Origin: an uncultured Selenomonadaceae bacterium
GTDB taxonomy: Bacteria; Bacillota; Negativicutes; Selenomonadales; Selenomonadaceae
DNA: 31,958 bases
Assembly: GCA_905236665.1 (NCBI GenBank)
Contig: CAJONF010000263.1
Span: 1 to 31,958 of the forward strand
Direction: 5' to 3'
This document shows positions 6,808 through 15,743 of this stretch, in pieces. The notes below the pieces were generated by a model that had not been told where the DNA came from, ran no database searches, and saw only the letters and a list, made by a program, of their open reading frames with translations. Positions within the stretch are counted from its first letter, which is position 1. Each line of letters starts with the position of its first letter. The position numbers were made by a program, and so were the translations under genes.

Positions 6808-9363
6808 TTACAAAGTTTTTCCGTCGTGCAAAAGTGCCGTGCGATTTATTTTGGCGGCGGAAATATCTGCAGGGAAATCGAATTGTTCGTGCAAAATTTT
6901 TAAAACTTCGCTCGGCTTGAGACTTCCTTCCGGCGTTATTTTTACCGAAAATTTTATCAACAGTTCGCCACCGGCAAAAAATATTTCCACGCGTTCAGCC
7001 AGATATTTTTTTAATTCAAGTTCACGGGTTTTCTTCGGCGTCACGCGTGTGAATTTTATTTCGGGCGTGACGTTGAAATTTTTAACCGATAACTGCGCGG
7101 CGTCAAAAAATTTTTCATCGAACGGCAAACAAACTTCATAGCGCGACAAGTCAACCAGCGACATTACCGGCTTTGGCTTGCCGCGTAATTTTTTTAATCG
7201 CAAAATTTCTGCGCCGCGTGGTAACTGTTCGTTCAGACGTTTTAAAACTTCCGGCTCGTCAACGGGCGCGGATAATTCAAAGTCAACGTATTCGCAATCG
7301 CTCGTCACGCCAACTGCTAATGCCGTTGCAAATGAAACTTTCAAATGCGGATTGAAACCTTCGCTCCACGCGGCGGGCAATTTACTTCTTAGCAACGCTC
7401 GCATGAAGACGTTCATATAATCCAGATGACTGAGCACGGCAATTTCTGCACCTTTACGAATCTGCGCACGATATTTTGTAGGAACTAGGAACAAGGAACT
7501 AGGAACTAGTGTTTCTTCGGGCGGAAGATTTTTTTCTTTGTCAAAGTCAACAACGCGAACGCCCAAATTCATGCAGACGCCACAACCCGTACAACTCGTC
7601 CGCCGACAATCACGAGTAGTTTTGCCAATTTGAGATTTTTCCCACTCGTTAAGCAAAAAATTTTTATCCACGCCCGGCGAAGTATTTTCCCACGGCAACG
7701 GCTCCCAAAATTTTATTTCACGCCCGCTGAAAAAGTTCATGTCAATTCCACACGCTGTAAACGCCGCCGACCAAACATCGGGCTTGAATAAATCCGACCA
7801 GCCGTCAAATTTCGCACCATTTTTCCACGCCGTCTCAATAACTTTTGCAAGCCGCCTGTCACCACGAGCCAACGCGCCCTCCAACACGGAAAGTTTTGCA
7901 TTGTGATAGTTGTAAGTTATTGCCTTGTCGCAAATCAAACTTTTTAAAAACTGTTGCCGCCGCTCAAATTCTTCCGCAGAAATTTGCGCCATCCATTGAA
8001 AAGGCGTGAACGGTTTTGGTACAAAGCAAGATACACTAACAGTAACTTTCACATCGCGGCGATTTTTTATTTCTCGATAAAGATTCACAACCTTTTGAGC
8101 AAGTTCGGCAATGCCGGCAATGTCTTCATCAGTCTCGGTTGGCAAGCCCATCATGAAATAAAGCTTAACCGTCTTCCAGCCCTTAGCAAAGGCAGCGGCG
8201 CACGCGTCAAGCAAATTTTTTTCCGTAACATTTTTGTTTATCACATCGCGCAGACGTTGAGTACCGGCTTCAGGCGCGAAGGTCAAACCACTTTTGCGCA
8301 CGGCTTGAACTTTTTCTGCCAAGTCGATTGAAAAGCTGTCGATTCTTAAACTCGGCAGGGAAAAGCTAACTTTCTCGTTGCGGAAATCGCTTTGCAAATC
8401 GTCAATCAATCTGTTAAGGCAGGAATAATCAGCACTGCTTAGAGACGTTAAAGAAATTTCGTCCCAACCGCTCGAATCAATCAGCCGCCGCGCCATTTTA
8501 CGCAGAGTTTCTTTGCTACGTTCGCGGACGGGGCGATAAGTCATGCCAGCTTGACAAAATCGACAGCCACGACTGCACCCGCGAAAAAGCTCCAGCATCG
8601 CTCTATCGTGAACAATTTCCATGAACGGCACAACGGGTTTTTCAACGGACGGCGTAGCGTCAAAATTTTTCACGACGCGTTTTAAAATTTTCTGCGGAGC
8701 GTTCGCCTCCAAAATTTTCATGCCGATAAAATTTTTTTCATCATAGAGCGGCTCGTAAAAACTCGGCACATAAATTCCGCAGACGTTCAAAAGATTTTTT
8801 AGAAAGCCGCGCCGCCCACCGACCTTGCCGAAATTTTTCCACGTGATAAAAGTTTCGACGACTTCGCCAAAAACTTCTTCAGCCTCGCCAACAATAAAGA
8901 AATCAAAAAAATCCGCAACTGGTTCGACATTATAAACGCAAGGACCGCCGCCGATTATAAACGGCTCATCATCACCGCGCTCCAAACTGTGCAAAGAAAT
9001 TTTCGCCAGGTCAAGCATATTTAAAACGTTGGTGTAAATCATTTCGTATTGCAAAGAAAATCCCAGGAAGTCGAAGTCACGAACATTGCGCTTTGATTCC
9101 AGCGCGAACAGCGGGATATTTTCATCGCGGAAAATTTTTTCAGCGTCAATCCACGGCGCATAAACACGTTCGCAGAGAGTATCGGCGCGGCGATTTAGAA
9201 TCGAATATAAAATCGCTAAACCCAGATTCGACATACCGACTTCGTACACATCCGGTAATGCCAACACAATGCGGCAAGCAGTCGCGTCAAAATTTTTCGT
9301 GACGCTGTTAAATTCGCCGCCGGTGTATCTGGCGGGCTTCATAAGTTCAAAAAGATTTTTCAT
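6808..9363 (-). CDS. TIGR03960-type B12-binding radical SAM protein fused to a TIGR03936/DUF2344-type radical-SAM-linked domain
   Basis: KPARYTGGE, PDVYEVGMSNLG, CSRGCRFC and FAPEAGTQRLR motifs. The C-terminal part carries LSHLD..R, SEGFNPH and ITPEGSLKP. Confidence 0.88.
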   Translation of the reverse strand: MKNLFELMKPARYTGGEFNSVTKNFDATACRIVLALPDVYEVGMSNLGLAILYSILNRRADTLCERVYAPWIDAEKIFRDENIPLFALESKRNVRDFDFLGFSLQYEMIYTNVLNMLDLAKISLHSLERGDDEPFIIGGGPCVYNVEPVADFFDFFIVGEAEEVFGEVVETFITWKNFGKVGGRRGFLKNLLNVCGIYVPSFYEPLYDEKNFIGMKILEANAPQKILKRVVKNFDATPSVEKPVVPFMEIVHDRAMLELFRGCSRGCRFCQAGMTYRPVRERSKETLRKMARRLIDSSGWDEISLTSLSSADYSCLNRLIDDLQSDFRNEKVSFSLPSLRIDSFSIDLAEKVQAVRKSGLTFAPEAGTQRLRDVINKNVTEKNLLDACAAAFAKGWKTVKLYFMMGLPTETDEDIAGIAELAQKVVNLYREIKNRRDVKVTVSVSCFVPKPFTPFQWMAQISAEEFERRQQFLKSLICDKAITYNYHNAKLSVLEGALARGDRRLAKVIETAWKNGAKFDGWSDLFKPDVWSAAFTACGIDMNFFSGREIKFWEPLPWENTSPGVDKNFLLNEWEKSQIGKTTRDCRRTSCTGCGVCMNLGVRVVDFDKEKNLPPEETLVPSSLFLVPTKYRAQIRKGAEIAVLSHLDYMNVFMRALLRSKLPAAWSEGFNPHLKVSFATALAVGVTSDCEYVDFELSAPVDEPEVLKRLNEQLPRGAEILRLKKLRGKPKPVMSLVDLSRYEVCLPFDEKFFDAAQLSVKNFNVTPEIKFTRVTPKKTRELELKKYLAERVEIFFAGGELLIKFSVKITPEGSLKPSEVLKILHEQFDFPADISAAKINRTALLHDGKTL
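7479..7510 (+). repeat. Heptamer tandem repeat (TAGGAAC x4) inside the fusion linker
   Basis: TAGGAAC TAGGAAC AAGGAAC TAGGAAC TAGT, encoding LVPSSLFLVP on the minus strand. Confidence 0.8.
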
Positions 9364-9371
9364 CGTGTCAC

Positions 9372-10502
9372 CTAGAAAATAAATTTTTGTCTGTGCATAT
9401 TTATATTCAGCAGAATTGCGATTGATAAAATGTTCGTAGTTAGCGAGCTGATACCATAACTCATAAGCGGCAATGGAATACCCGTGACAGGCATAATCCC
9501 CGTTGTCATTCCGACATTAACCAGCACATGGAAAGCGAGCATTGACGTTATCCCCACGGCAAGCAATCGCCCGAATACGTCGCCCGCCTCTTTAGCAATG
9601 TGTATGCCGCGCCACAACACGATTAAATATAAAATCAACAGCACGACCGCCCCGACAAAGCCCAGCTCCTCACCGACGACAGCAAAAATAAAATCCGTGT
9701 GATTTTCCGGCAAAAAGTTTAGCTGACTTTGCGTGCCCTCGAATAATCCTTTGCCGAAAAGCATTCCCGAACCTATTGCAATTTTTGATTGGATTATGTG
9801 ATAGCCACTGCCTAGCGGATCGACATTCGGATCAAGAAAAACCATGATTCGCATTTTCTGATAGTCTTTTAAAAATTGCCACAGTATCGGCATAGACACC
9901 ACGCCGCAAATAGCCATGCCAACTAACATTTTCCACGGCATTCCACAAGCGATAATCATTCCGAAAAAAATAGCCATGAAGACAAGCGACGTGCCTAAAT
10001 CTGGTTGCTTTAAAACAAAAAAGAACGGGAGACAGACATACGCAGCGATAGGTATCAAATCTTGCAAGGTGTTTATTTTTCCCATGCGATCTTCTAAAAG
10101 CGACGCCATACAAATTATCATCAGTAGCTTTGAAAATTCGGACGGCTGCAAGCTTATCGGTCCGATTTGAATCCAGCGTTGTGCACCTAGTGCCGCGTGC
10201 CCGAATATCATAACAGCTACCAGCATTATCAAATTAAAAGCGTAAAGAATTTTTCCATGCTGAGATAATCCGCGGTAATCAAAATTCATGAACAGCACTG
10301 CGAATAATGCGTTTACCAGCGCGAAAATTCCCTGCCGTTGCACGAACCAGAATCGCTCTTCACCTGGCGTGTTTATGTGAGTTGCACTTGAGATGATTAT
10401 AAGTCCATATATGACAATCGCCGCCGCCGAGCCTAGGAGCGCAAAATCTATACGGCGCAAAAATCTTTTACTGTCTGCAGAAAAAATTGCCAAGAACAAC
10501 AC
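9372..10502 (-). CDS. rodA: Rod shape-determining protein RodA (SEDS family)
   Basis: GAQRWI, LQPSEFSK, QPDLGT, GYHIIQSKIAIGSG, LPENHTDFIF and GIPLPLMSYG motifs. Confidence 0.93.
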   Translation of the reverse strand: MLFLAIFSADSKRFLRRIDFALLGSAAAIVIYGLIIISSATHINTPGEERFWFVQRQGIFALVNALFAVLFMNFDYRGLSQHGKILYAFNLIMLVAVMIFGHAALGAQRWIQIGPISLQPSEFSKLLMIICMASLLEDRMGKINTLQDLIPIAAYVCLPFFFVLKQPDLGTSLVFMAIFFGMIIACGMPWKMLVGMAICGVVSMPILWQFLKDYQKMRIMVFLDPNVDPLGSGYHIIQSKIAIGSGMLFGKGLFEGTQSQLNFLPENHTDFIFAVVGEELGFVGAVVLLILYLIVLWRGIHIAKEAGDVFGRLLAVGITSMLAFHVLVNVGMTTGIMPVTGIPLPLMSYGISSLTTNILSIAILLNINMHRQKFIF

Positions 10503-10568
10503 TTCCTTTGAAAAATCTGCAAAAATGATTCTGCCGCCATGGAAATTTTCCTGCTACAGATTATTTTT

Positions 10569-10597
10569 TTGCAATGGTAAAAGATGTTTGTTATAAT
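10569..10597 (+). promoter_or_regulatory. Sigma70 promoter for tyrS
   Basis: TTGCAA, 17-nt spacer, TG-n-TATAAT (extended -10). Confidence 0.65.
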
Positions 10598-10624
10598 GAC
10601 GCGCATGAAAAGGAGGAAATTAAT

Positions 10625-11830
10625 TTGGATAATGTATTTGATACTTTAACAGAACGCGGATTTATCGCGCAGTGCACCGACGTTGACGAAGTAAAAAAAT
10701 TGCTCGGCGAAAAAAAAGTTACATTCTATATCGGTTTTGATCCGACGGCTGACAGTTTGCACGCGGGGCATTTTATCGCGCTCATGGCAATGGCTCATAT
10801 GCAACGCGCAGGACATCGCCCGATTTGCTTAGTGGGCGGCGGCACCGGCACTATTGGCGACCCTTCCGGTCGTTCAGATTTGCGTAAAGTTATGACGGAC
10901 GAAATTATAGAGCACAACTGCGAATGTTTCAAAAAGCAAATGGCGCGCTTTATCGATTTTAGCGACGGCAAAGCTTTAATGGTGAACAACGGCGACTGGC
11001 TCCGCAAGTTGGGTTATATCGATATTTTGCGCGAAGTCGGCGCACATTTCACGGTTAATCGTATGCTTGCCGCCGAATGTTATAAACAGCGTTGGGAAAA
11101 AGGCTTGACGTTCCTAGAGTTCAATTATATGGTCATGCAGGCTTATGATTTTTACAAACTCAACGGCGATTACGATTGTATTTTGCAAATGGGCGGCGAC
11201 GATCAATGGTCAAACATCATCGCAGGTGTTGAACTCACGCGGCGTAAGACAGGACGTTTGGCTTATGGCTTGACGAATAAACTTCTGCTAAAATCTGACG
11301 GCTCGAAAATGGGTAAAACTGCTGGTGGCGCACTCTGGCTTGATGAGAATAAAGTTTCGCCTTATGATTTTTATCAGTATTGGCGCAACGTGGACGATGC
11401 TGACGTTAAAACCTGCTTGAGTTTGTTGACATTCGTACCAATGGACGAGGTTAATCGCTTGTCGAATTTGAAAGACGCGGCGATTAACGAAGCTAAAAAA
11501 GTTTTGGCTTACGAGGTGACAAAGCTGGTGCACGGCGAGGACGCGGCGCGTCAAGCTCAACAATCTGCGGCAGAAATTTTCGCCGGTCAAAGCTCTGATA
11601 ATATGCCAAGCGTCGCAGTAACAGACGCGGTCGGGAAAAAAATTTTGGACGTGTTAGCCGCCGCAAAAATTATCGAATCAAAAGCAGAAGGTCGCCGGCT
11701 CATCGCGCAGAACGGTTTGACGCTCAACGATAAAAAAGTTTCCGACATTGATTATATTTTCACTGCAAAAGATTTCCCAGCCATTGTTCGTAAAGGTAAA
11801 AAGAAATTTTTTAAGGTGGAGAACGCATGA
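10625..11830 (+). CDS. tyrS: Tyrosine--tRNA ligase
   Basis: [13 protein letters not shown] (HIGH), [13 protein letters not shown] (KMSKS) and a C-terminal S4-like domain. TTG start after AGGAGG. Confidence 0.97.
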   Translation: MDNVFDTLTERGFIAQCTDVDEVKKLLGEKKVTFYIGFDPTADSLHAGHFIALMAMAHMQRAGHRPICLVGGGTGTIGDPSGRSDLRKVMTDEIIEHNCECFKKQMARFIDFSDGKALMVNNGDWLRKLGYIDILREVGAHFTVNRMLAAECYKQRWEKGLTFLEFNYMVMQAYDFYKLNGDYDCILQMGGDDQWSNIIAGVELTRRKTGRLAYGLTNKLLLKSDGSKMGKTAGGALWLDENKVSPYDFYQYWRNVDDADVKTCLSLLTFVPMDEVNRLSNLKDAAINEAKKVLAYEVTKLVHGEDAARQAQQSAAEIFAGQSSDNMPSVAVTDAVGKKILDVLAAAKIIESKAEGRRLIAQNGLTLNDKKVSDIDYIFTAKDFPAIVRKGKKKFFKVENA

Positions 11831-12423
11831 TAAAAAAATTTTTTATGGTAACACTGGCGGTGAGTTTAATGTTGACAAGTTCAGCACAAGCGATTGATTC
11901 CCGCGTTGAATCTGCAGTTCAGTGGGCGATTGAAATTGCAAACGATCCAATTCACGGCTATTCGCAGGGTGCAGAAAATGCTACGCCCTCTCACCCTTAC
12001 ACAGGCTCGCGTGAAGGTCCCGACTATGATTGCTCGTCGCTGGTTTATCATGCTTTTCAAAACGCCGGCTTTGACATTATCGGCGCATGGCATAAAAATC
12101 CCGAATATATGAAACGCTACAACGGTAGGCAATTTTCCGGCGATGCTGATACAATTTGGGACGATTTAAAAGTTTTGGGCGGCTGGCAAAAATTTTCATG
12201 GGCTGAAGTGGCAGATAATCTTCAGCGCGGCGATATTCTCTGCCGACCGCAATTCCACGTGGCAATTTATATGGGCGACGGCTTGACGGTTGAAGCTCGC
12301 GGCGTAAACAATCCGACGGGCATGGGACGTTACGAGACCGGCGATCAAGGCGGCGAAATTGATTTTTATCCGGCGCAAGGGCGCGGTTGGATTGAAGTTT
12401 ATCGCTACGTGGGAACAGAATGA
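11827..12423 (+). CDS. Secreted NlpC/P60-family peptidoglycan hydrolase
   Basis: Signal peptide, [14 protein letters not shown] catalytic Cys motif and HVAIYMG His. ATGA overlap with tyrS. Confidence 0.8.
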   Translation: MIKKFFMVTLAVSLMLTSSAQAIDSRVESAVQWAIEIANDPIHGYSQGAENATPSHPYTGSREGPDYDCSSLVYHAFQNAGFDIIGAWHKNPEYMKRYNGRQFSGDADTIWDDLKVLGGWQKFSWAEVADNLQRGDILCRPQFHVAIYMGDGLTVEARGVNNPTGMGRYETGDQGGEIDFYPAQGRGWIEVYRYVGTE

Positions 12424-12450
12424 TTAACGATTAATCTACCGCGAAAAATT

Positions 12451-12697
12451 GAGCCGTCATGGATGACGGCTCGCCCGCGCAGAAAACGTGATGTTTTCTC
12501 AGCGGGCACAAGTGGTACGATTAGTTGCAACGTTGAAAAAGTTGAGTAGTAACGCCCCCGCGAGGTGCCCATTCTTTTGTAACTTTTCTTTGGGCAAGCA
12601 AAGAAAAGTTTTTCAACATAATAACGGCTCGCCCGCGCAGTCATGAAAAAATATTCGCCCCTGCAAGGGGTTTTTCTTTGGACGAGCAAAGAAAAAA
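12451..12697. repeat. Partly duplicated multi-hairpin intergenic element (REP/MITE-like or structured RNA)
   Basis: GAGCCGTCAT-gg-ATGACGGCTC palindrome. 17-bp direct repeat ACGGCTCGCCCGCGCAG at 12466 and 12624. Two TTTTCTTTG-g(gc/ac)(a/g)ag-CAAAGAAAA hairpins at 12581-12610 and 12671-12696. Confidence 0.7.
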
Positions 12698-12833
12698 TAG
12701 ATTCTAAACATAAAAATAATTTTAAAGTTAAGTTAGCAAATCGCCAGTCGATTATAAATCAATAGCCCTTATTCACTGTTGACAGCCTCTATACATTGGC
12801 GATAAAATTTTCAACAGGAAGGGGGCTTTTAAA

Positions 12834-13496
12834 TTGCCGATATACAACGCGCAGATTTTGAAGATTGACGCGGCGGAAGTTCGTCGATATGCGGGCTTGA
12901 GGAAGGCGCAAAATTTCGGCGAAAAAAATATCCTTGACGTTTGCCAAGAGGCTTTGCTACTTTTGGAAGTGCGCGGTGCGTGGGAAATTTACAATTATAA
13001 AAATCAAACTGTGGCGAGTGAGCCGCCCTTTACAATCTTGAGCAATTCGGTTATAAAACATTTAGACGGTTGCGAAAAAGTTATCTGTATGGCTACAACA
13101 GTCGGCGCGGCGATTGAGCAAGAAATTACAAAAAAATTTGAGCGCGGGGATTATTTAGCGTCGGTGCTGTTGGACGCGGCGGCAACTGCGGCGGTTGAAC
13201 AGGCGGCTGATTTAATGGAAAAAAATTTCGCGGCGCAATTTTCTAAAGACGGTTACAAAATGCGCTGGCGATTCAGCCCAGGTTACGGCGATTGGAATTT
13301 GACGGAGCAAGAGAAATTTTTTAAAATCTGCGGCGCGGAAAAAATCGGTTTGCATTTGACTTCAGCGATGATGTTGGAGCCGAGAAAATCTGTCACGGCG
13401 ATTATCGGTCTGGAAAAAATTTCCACACAAAAAAATTTTTCCATTCAAAAATCTTGCGCGAATTGTAATAAGCTTGATTGCTCAATGAGGAATTAA
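12834..13496 (+). CDS. Stand-alone B12-dependent methionine synthase activation-domain protein
   Basis: MATTVG, LLDAAATAAVEQ, RFSPGYGDW, MLEPRKSVTAIIG and a C-terminal CxxCxxxxC. TTG start. Confidence 0.8.
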   Translation: MPIYNAQILKIDAAEVRRYAGLRKAQNFGEKNILDVCQEALLLLEVRGAWEIYNYKNQTVASEPPFTILSNSVIKHLDGCEKVICMATTVGAAIEQEITKKFERGDYLASVLLDAAATAAVEQAADLMEKNFAAQFSKDGYKMRWRFSPGYGDWNLTEQEKFFKICGAEKIGLHLTSAMMLEPRKSVTAIIGLEKISTQKNFSIQKSCANCNKLDCSMRN

Positions 13497-13502
13497 AAAT
13501 TT

Positions 13503-14408
13503 ATGATAAAGTTTTTCAGGGAGATGTTGCGAAATATGAGACGAAACGACCCGTGTTGGTGTGGCAGTGGCAAAAAGTATAAAAAATGTCACGAAGACTT
13601 TGACGCCAGAATCGGCGAAATAAAATTTATCAAGGCAAAAAATCAAGTTCGCCCGCCAAAAAGATTGATTAACAACGCGGCGGACATTGAAGGCATCAAA
13701 CGGGCGGCAGTTATAAATACGGGAGCACTCGACTTGATGAACGAACTTGTTAAAGAAGGCGTTGATACCTTGACGCTGAACAATGCCGCGCATGAATTTA
13801 TTGTCAGCCACGGCGCGAATCCCAGTTGCCTAAATTTTGAAGGTTTTCCTAAAAGCATTTGCATTTCTGTAAACAACGTCGTTTGCCACGGTATCCCTTC
13901 GCGAAAAGAAATTTTAAAGTCCGGCGATATTCTAAACATTGACATAACGACCGACCTTGACGGATATTTTGCTGATGCCTCGCGAATGTACACCGTTGGT
14001 GAAATTTCTGCAGAAGCAAGGCGATTAATCGATACCACGCGGGAAATTATGGAGGTTGGCATTGCGGCGGCTAAACCGTGGCATTTTGTCGGGGATATCG
14101 GCGCGGCGTGTGGAAAAATGGCGCATGATAACGGCTATTCCGTTGTCACGGATTTAGGCGGACACGGTGTCGGGAAAAAATTTCACCTTGAGCCGTTCGT
14201 CAGCCACGATTGCAAAGCGGAAACCGGTATGCTTTTGGTGCCTGGGATTGTTTTGACTGTTGAACCGATGATTAATGCTGGCAAAAGCAAAGTCACTGTC
14301 GATGATGACGACCATTGGACGGTTCGCACGGCGGACGGAAGTTTATCTGCGCAGTGGGAAAAAACTATTCTGATAACCGAGACCGGCACCGAAGTTTTAG
14401 CCAGCTGA
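13503..14408 (+). CDS. map: Methionine aminopeptidase type I with an N-terminal SEC-C motif
   Basis: RNDPCWCGSGKKYKKCH, VCHGIP, DASRMY, GHGVG and SAQWEKT motifs. Confidence 0.92.
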   Translation: MIKFFREMLRNMRRNDPCWCGSGKKYKKCHEDFDARIGEIKFIKAKNQVRPPKRLINNAADIEGIKRAAVINTGALDLMNELVKEGVDTLTLNNAAHEFIVSHGANPSCLNFEGFPKSICISVNNVVCHGIPSRKEILKSGDILNIDITTDLDGYFADASRMYTVGEISAEARRLIDTTREIMEVGIAAAKPWHFVGDIGAACGKMAHDNGYSVVTDLGGHGVGKKFHLEPFVSHDCKAETGMLLVPGIVLTVEPMINAGKSKVTVDDDDHWTVRTADGSLSAQWEKTILITETGTEVLAS

Positions 14409-14420
14409 GGAGGAGTTATC

Positions 14421-14690
14421 GTGAAAAAAATTATCATGCTTAAAATCGAAGGCTGTCCATACTGCGCGGCGGCTTTTCGGGCGATTGACGAGCTTAAAAA
14501 AAATTACGCGGCAGAAATTGAAATCATCGACGAAAATTTTCAGCCGCAACTCGCAGAAAAGTTCACCGACTATTATTATGTGCCGACCATGTATGTTGAC
14601 GGTAAAAAAATTTATGAAGCGCACCCCGGCGAAACTTACGACGAATGTTTTGCTAACGTGAAAAAAGTTTTTGAGGTGGCAAATGAGTAA
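14421..14690 (+). CDS. Glutaredoxin/thioredoxin-like protein
   Basis: CPYC active site and YYVPTMYVDG cis-Pro loop. GGAGGAG SD. Confidence 0.82.
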   Translation: MKKIIMLKIEGCPYCAAAFRAIDELKKNYAAEIEIIDENFQPQLAEKFTDYYYVPTMYVDGKKIYEAHPGETYDECFANVKKVFEVANE

Positions 14691-15369
14691 AGCAGTAGTC
14701 CTTTCAAGCGGCGGGCTGGATTCGACGACGTGTCTTGCCATTGCCGTGAAAAAATTCGGCGCGGAAAATGTTTCTGCCCTTTCAATTTTTTACGGTCAAC
14801 GCCATTCAAAAGAACTTGGGGCGGCACGAAACGTTGCAAAATTTTACGACGTGGCTCATTACGAATTGGACGCCGCAGAAATTTTCCGCAATTCCAATTC
14901 AACTTTGCTTGACACTTCGACTGAACCTTTAGAGAAAATTTCCTACGCCGAGCAAATAGAAAAGAACAATTCGCCGCGTATTTCTACTTACGTTCCCTTC
15001 CGCAATGGGCTGATGATTTCCATGGCGACGAGCTTTGCAGATGGGCTTTATGATGAGCCGATTGAACTTTATGTTGGCGTGCACTCCGATGATTTTGCCG
15101 GCAATGCTTATGCCGATTGCAGTGCAAAATTTATCGCGGCGATGAACGCGGCAGTTAGAATCGGCACGTATGAAAAAATTCACATGGTCGCGCCCTTCCT
15201 TTGTCAAAGCAAAGCCGATGTCGTGAAAATTGGCTTGGAAATCGGCGCACCGTATCATTTGACGTGGAGCTGTTACGAAGGTAGCGATAAACCTTGTGGA
15301 AAATGTGCTACGTGTCTTGACCGCGCCCGCGCCTTTGAACTTAACGGCGTCAAAGATCCGGCTTTGTGA
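14683..15369 (+). CDS. queC: 7-cyano-7-deazaguanine synthase
   Basis: SSGGLDSTT, YGQRH, TYVPFRN, AYADC and TWSCY..CGKCATC motifs. Confidence 0.96.
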   Translation: MSKAVVLSSGGLDSTTCLAIAVKKFGAENVSALSIFYGQRHSKELGAARNVAKFYDVAHYELDAAEIFRNSNSTLLDTSTEPLEKISYAEQIEKNNSPRISTYVPFRNGLMISMATSFADGLYDEPIELYVGVHSDDFAGNAYADCSAKFIAAMNAAVRIGTYEKIHMVAPFLCQSKADVVKIGLEIGAPYHLTWSCYEGSDKPCGKCATCLDRARAFELNGVKDPAL

Positions 15370-15400
15370 AAAACCGCCTGAAAATTTTTTGAACAACATC

Positions 15401-15429
15401 TTGCAAATGAAAAACTTTTCTGCTACATT
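15401..15429 (+). promoter_or_regulatory. Promoter for an orphan transcript
   Basis: TTGCAA, 17-nt spacer, TG-n-TACATT. Confidence 0.5.
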
Positions 15430-15435
15430 TAGGCG

Positions 15436-15694
15436 GCGGGAAGGACACAGATATTTTCGATAGAAAAATTAATCTGGTTCTAATAATCCTCTAATCATTC
15501 TAAAATACAATTCCCGTTAATCCCATTAAACAAAATACACGCCACAGTGCCGAAGGGCTGTCCCCGCAGCTTGGTCGGCGGCAAATAACCTGCGGTGCCC
15601 ACCAAGCACACGCAAAGAGAAGGTGAGATATGAAGAAATAAAACAACTATTCTACAGCAAACAGAAACGGAGGCGATGGAGCCTCCGTTTTTTT
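15436..15694 (+). ncRNA. Candidate structured non-coding RNA of unknown class
   Basis: Bounded by a promoter and a strong terminator. GC-rich core (15541-15612) with several pairing options including a pseudoknot. The only SD-led ORF is MKK*. Confidence 0.4.
15665..15694 (+). terminator. Intrinsic terminator
   Basis: AAACGGAGGC-gatgga-GCCTCCGTTT followed by TTTT. Confidence 0.8.
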
Positions 15695-15695
15695 G

Positions 15696-15724
15696 TTGCT
15701 ATAAATTTTTTTTTGACTTATAAT
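15696..15724 (+). promoter_or_regulatory. Promoter for the glycosyltransferase operon
   Basis: TTGCTA, 17-nt spacer, TATAAT. Confidence 0.55.
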
Positions 15725-15743
15725 CGGCGGCGAGGTGATAAAA

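Noticed and set aside
12451-12697. CRISPR array
   Set aside because: Only two copies of the repeats, no regular spacers and no cas genes.
14929-15399. 156-aa antisense ORF over queC
   Set aside because: Shadow ORF of a well-conserved gene, with no SD or recognisable motif.
15541-15612. SAM-I/IV-like riboswitch
   Set aside because: P2- and P3-like pairings and GGCAA/GGUGCC words are present, but there is no P1 with the AUC/GAU SAM pocket and no methionine gene downstream. Kept only as an unknown RNA.
15541-15612. HDV-like, twister or pistol ribozyme
   Set aside because: I could not thread the required helix order (P1-P2-P3-P1.1-P4, or the twister UAA/L4 motifs) on either strand by eye.
15470-15630. 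preQ1 riboswitch near queC
   Set aside because: The region is downstream of queC. GGTTCTA..CCTCT lacks the class I P1 partner, and CTTGGT..ACCAAGCA lacks the class II anti-SD loop and P4.
15670-15690. Fluoride riboswitch (GGCGATGGAG)
   Set aside because: The match is only the terminator stem and loop. The rest of the motif and any fluc/crcB gene are missing.
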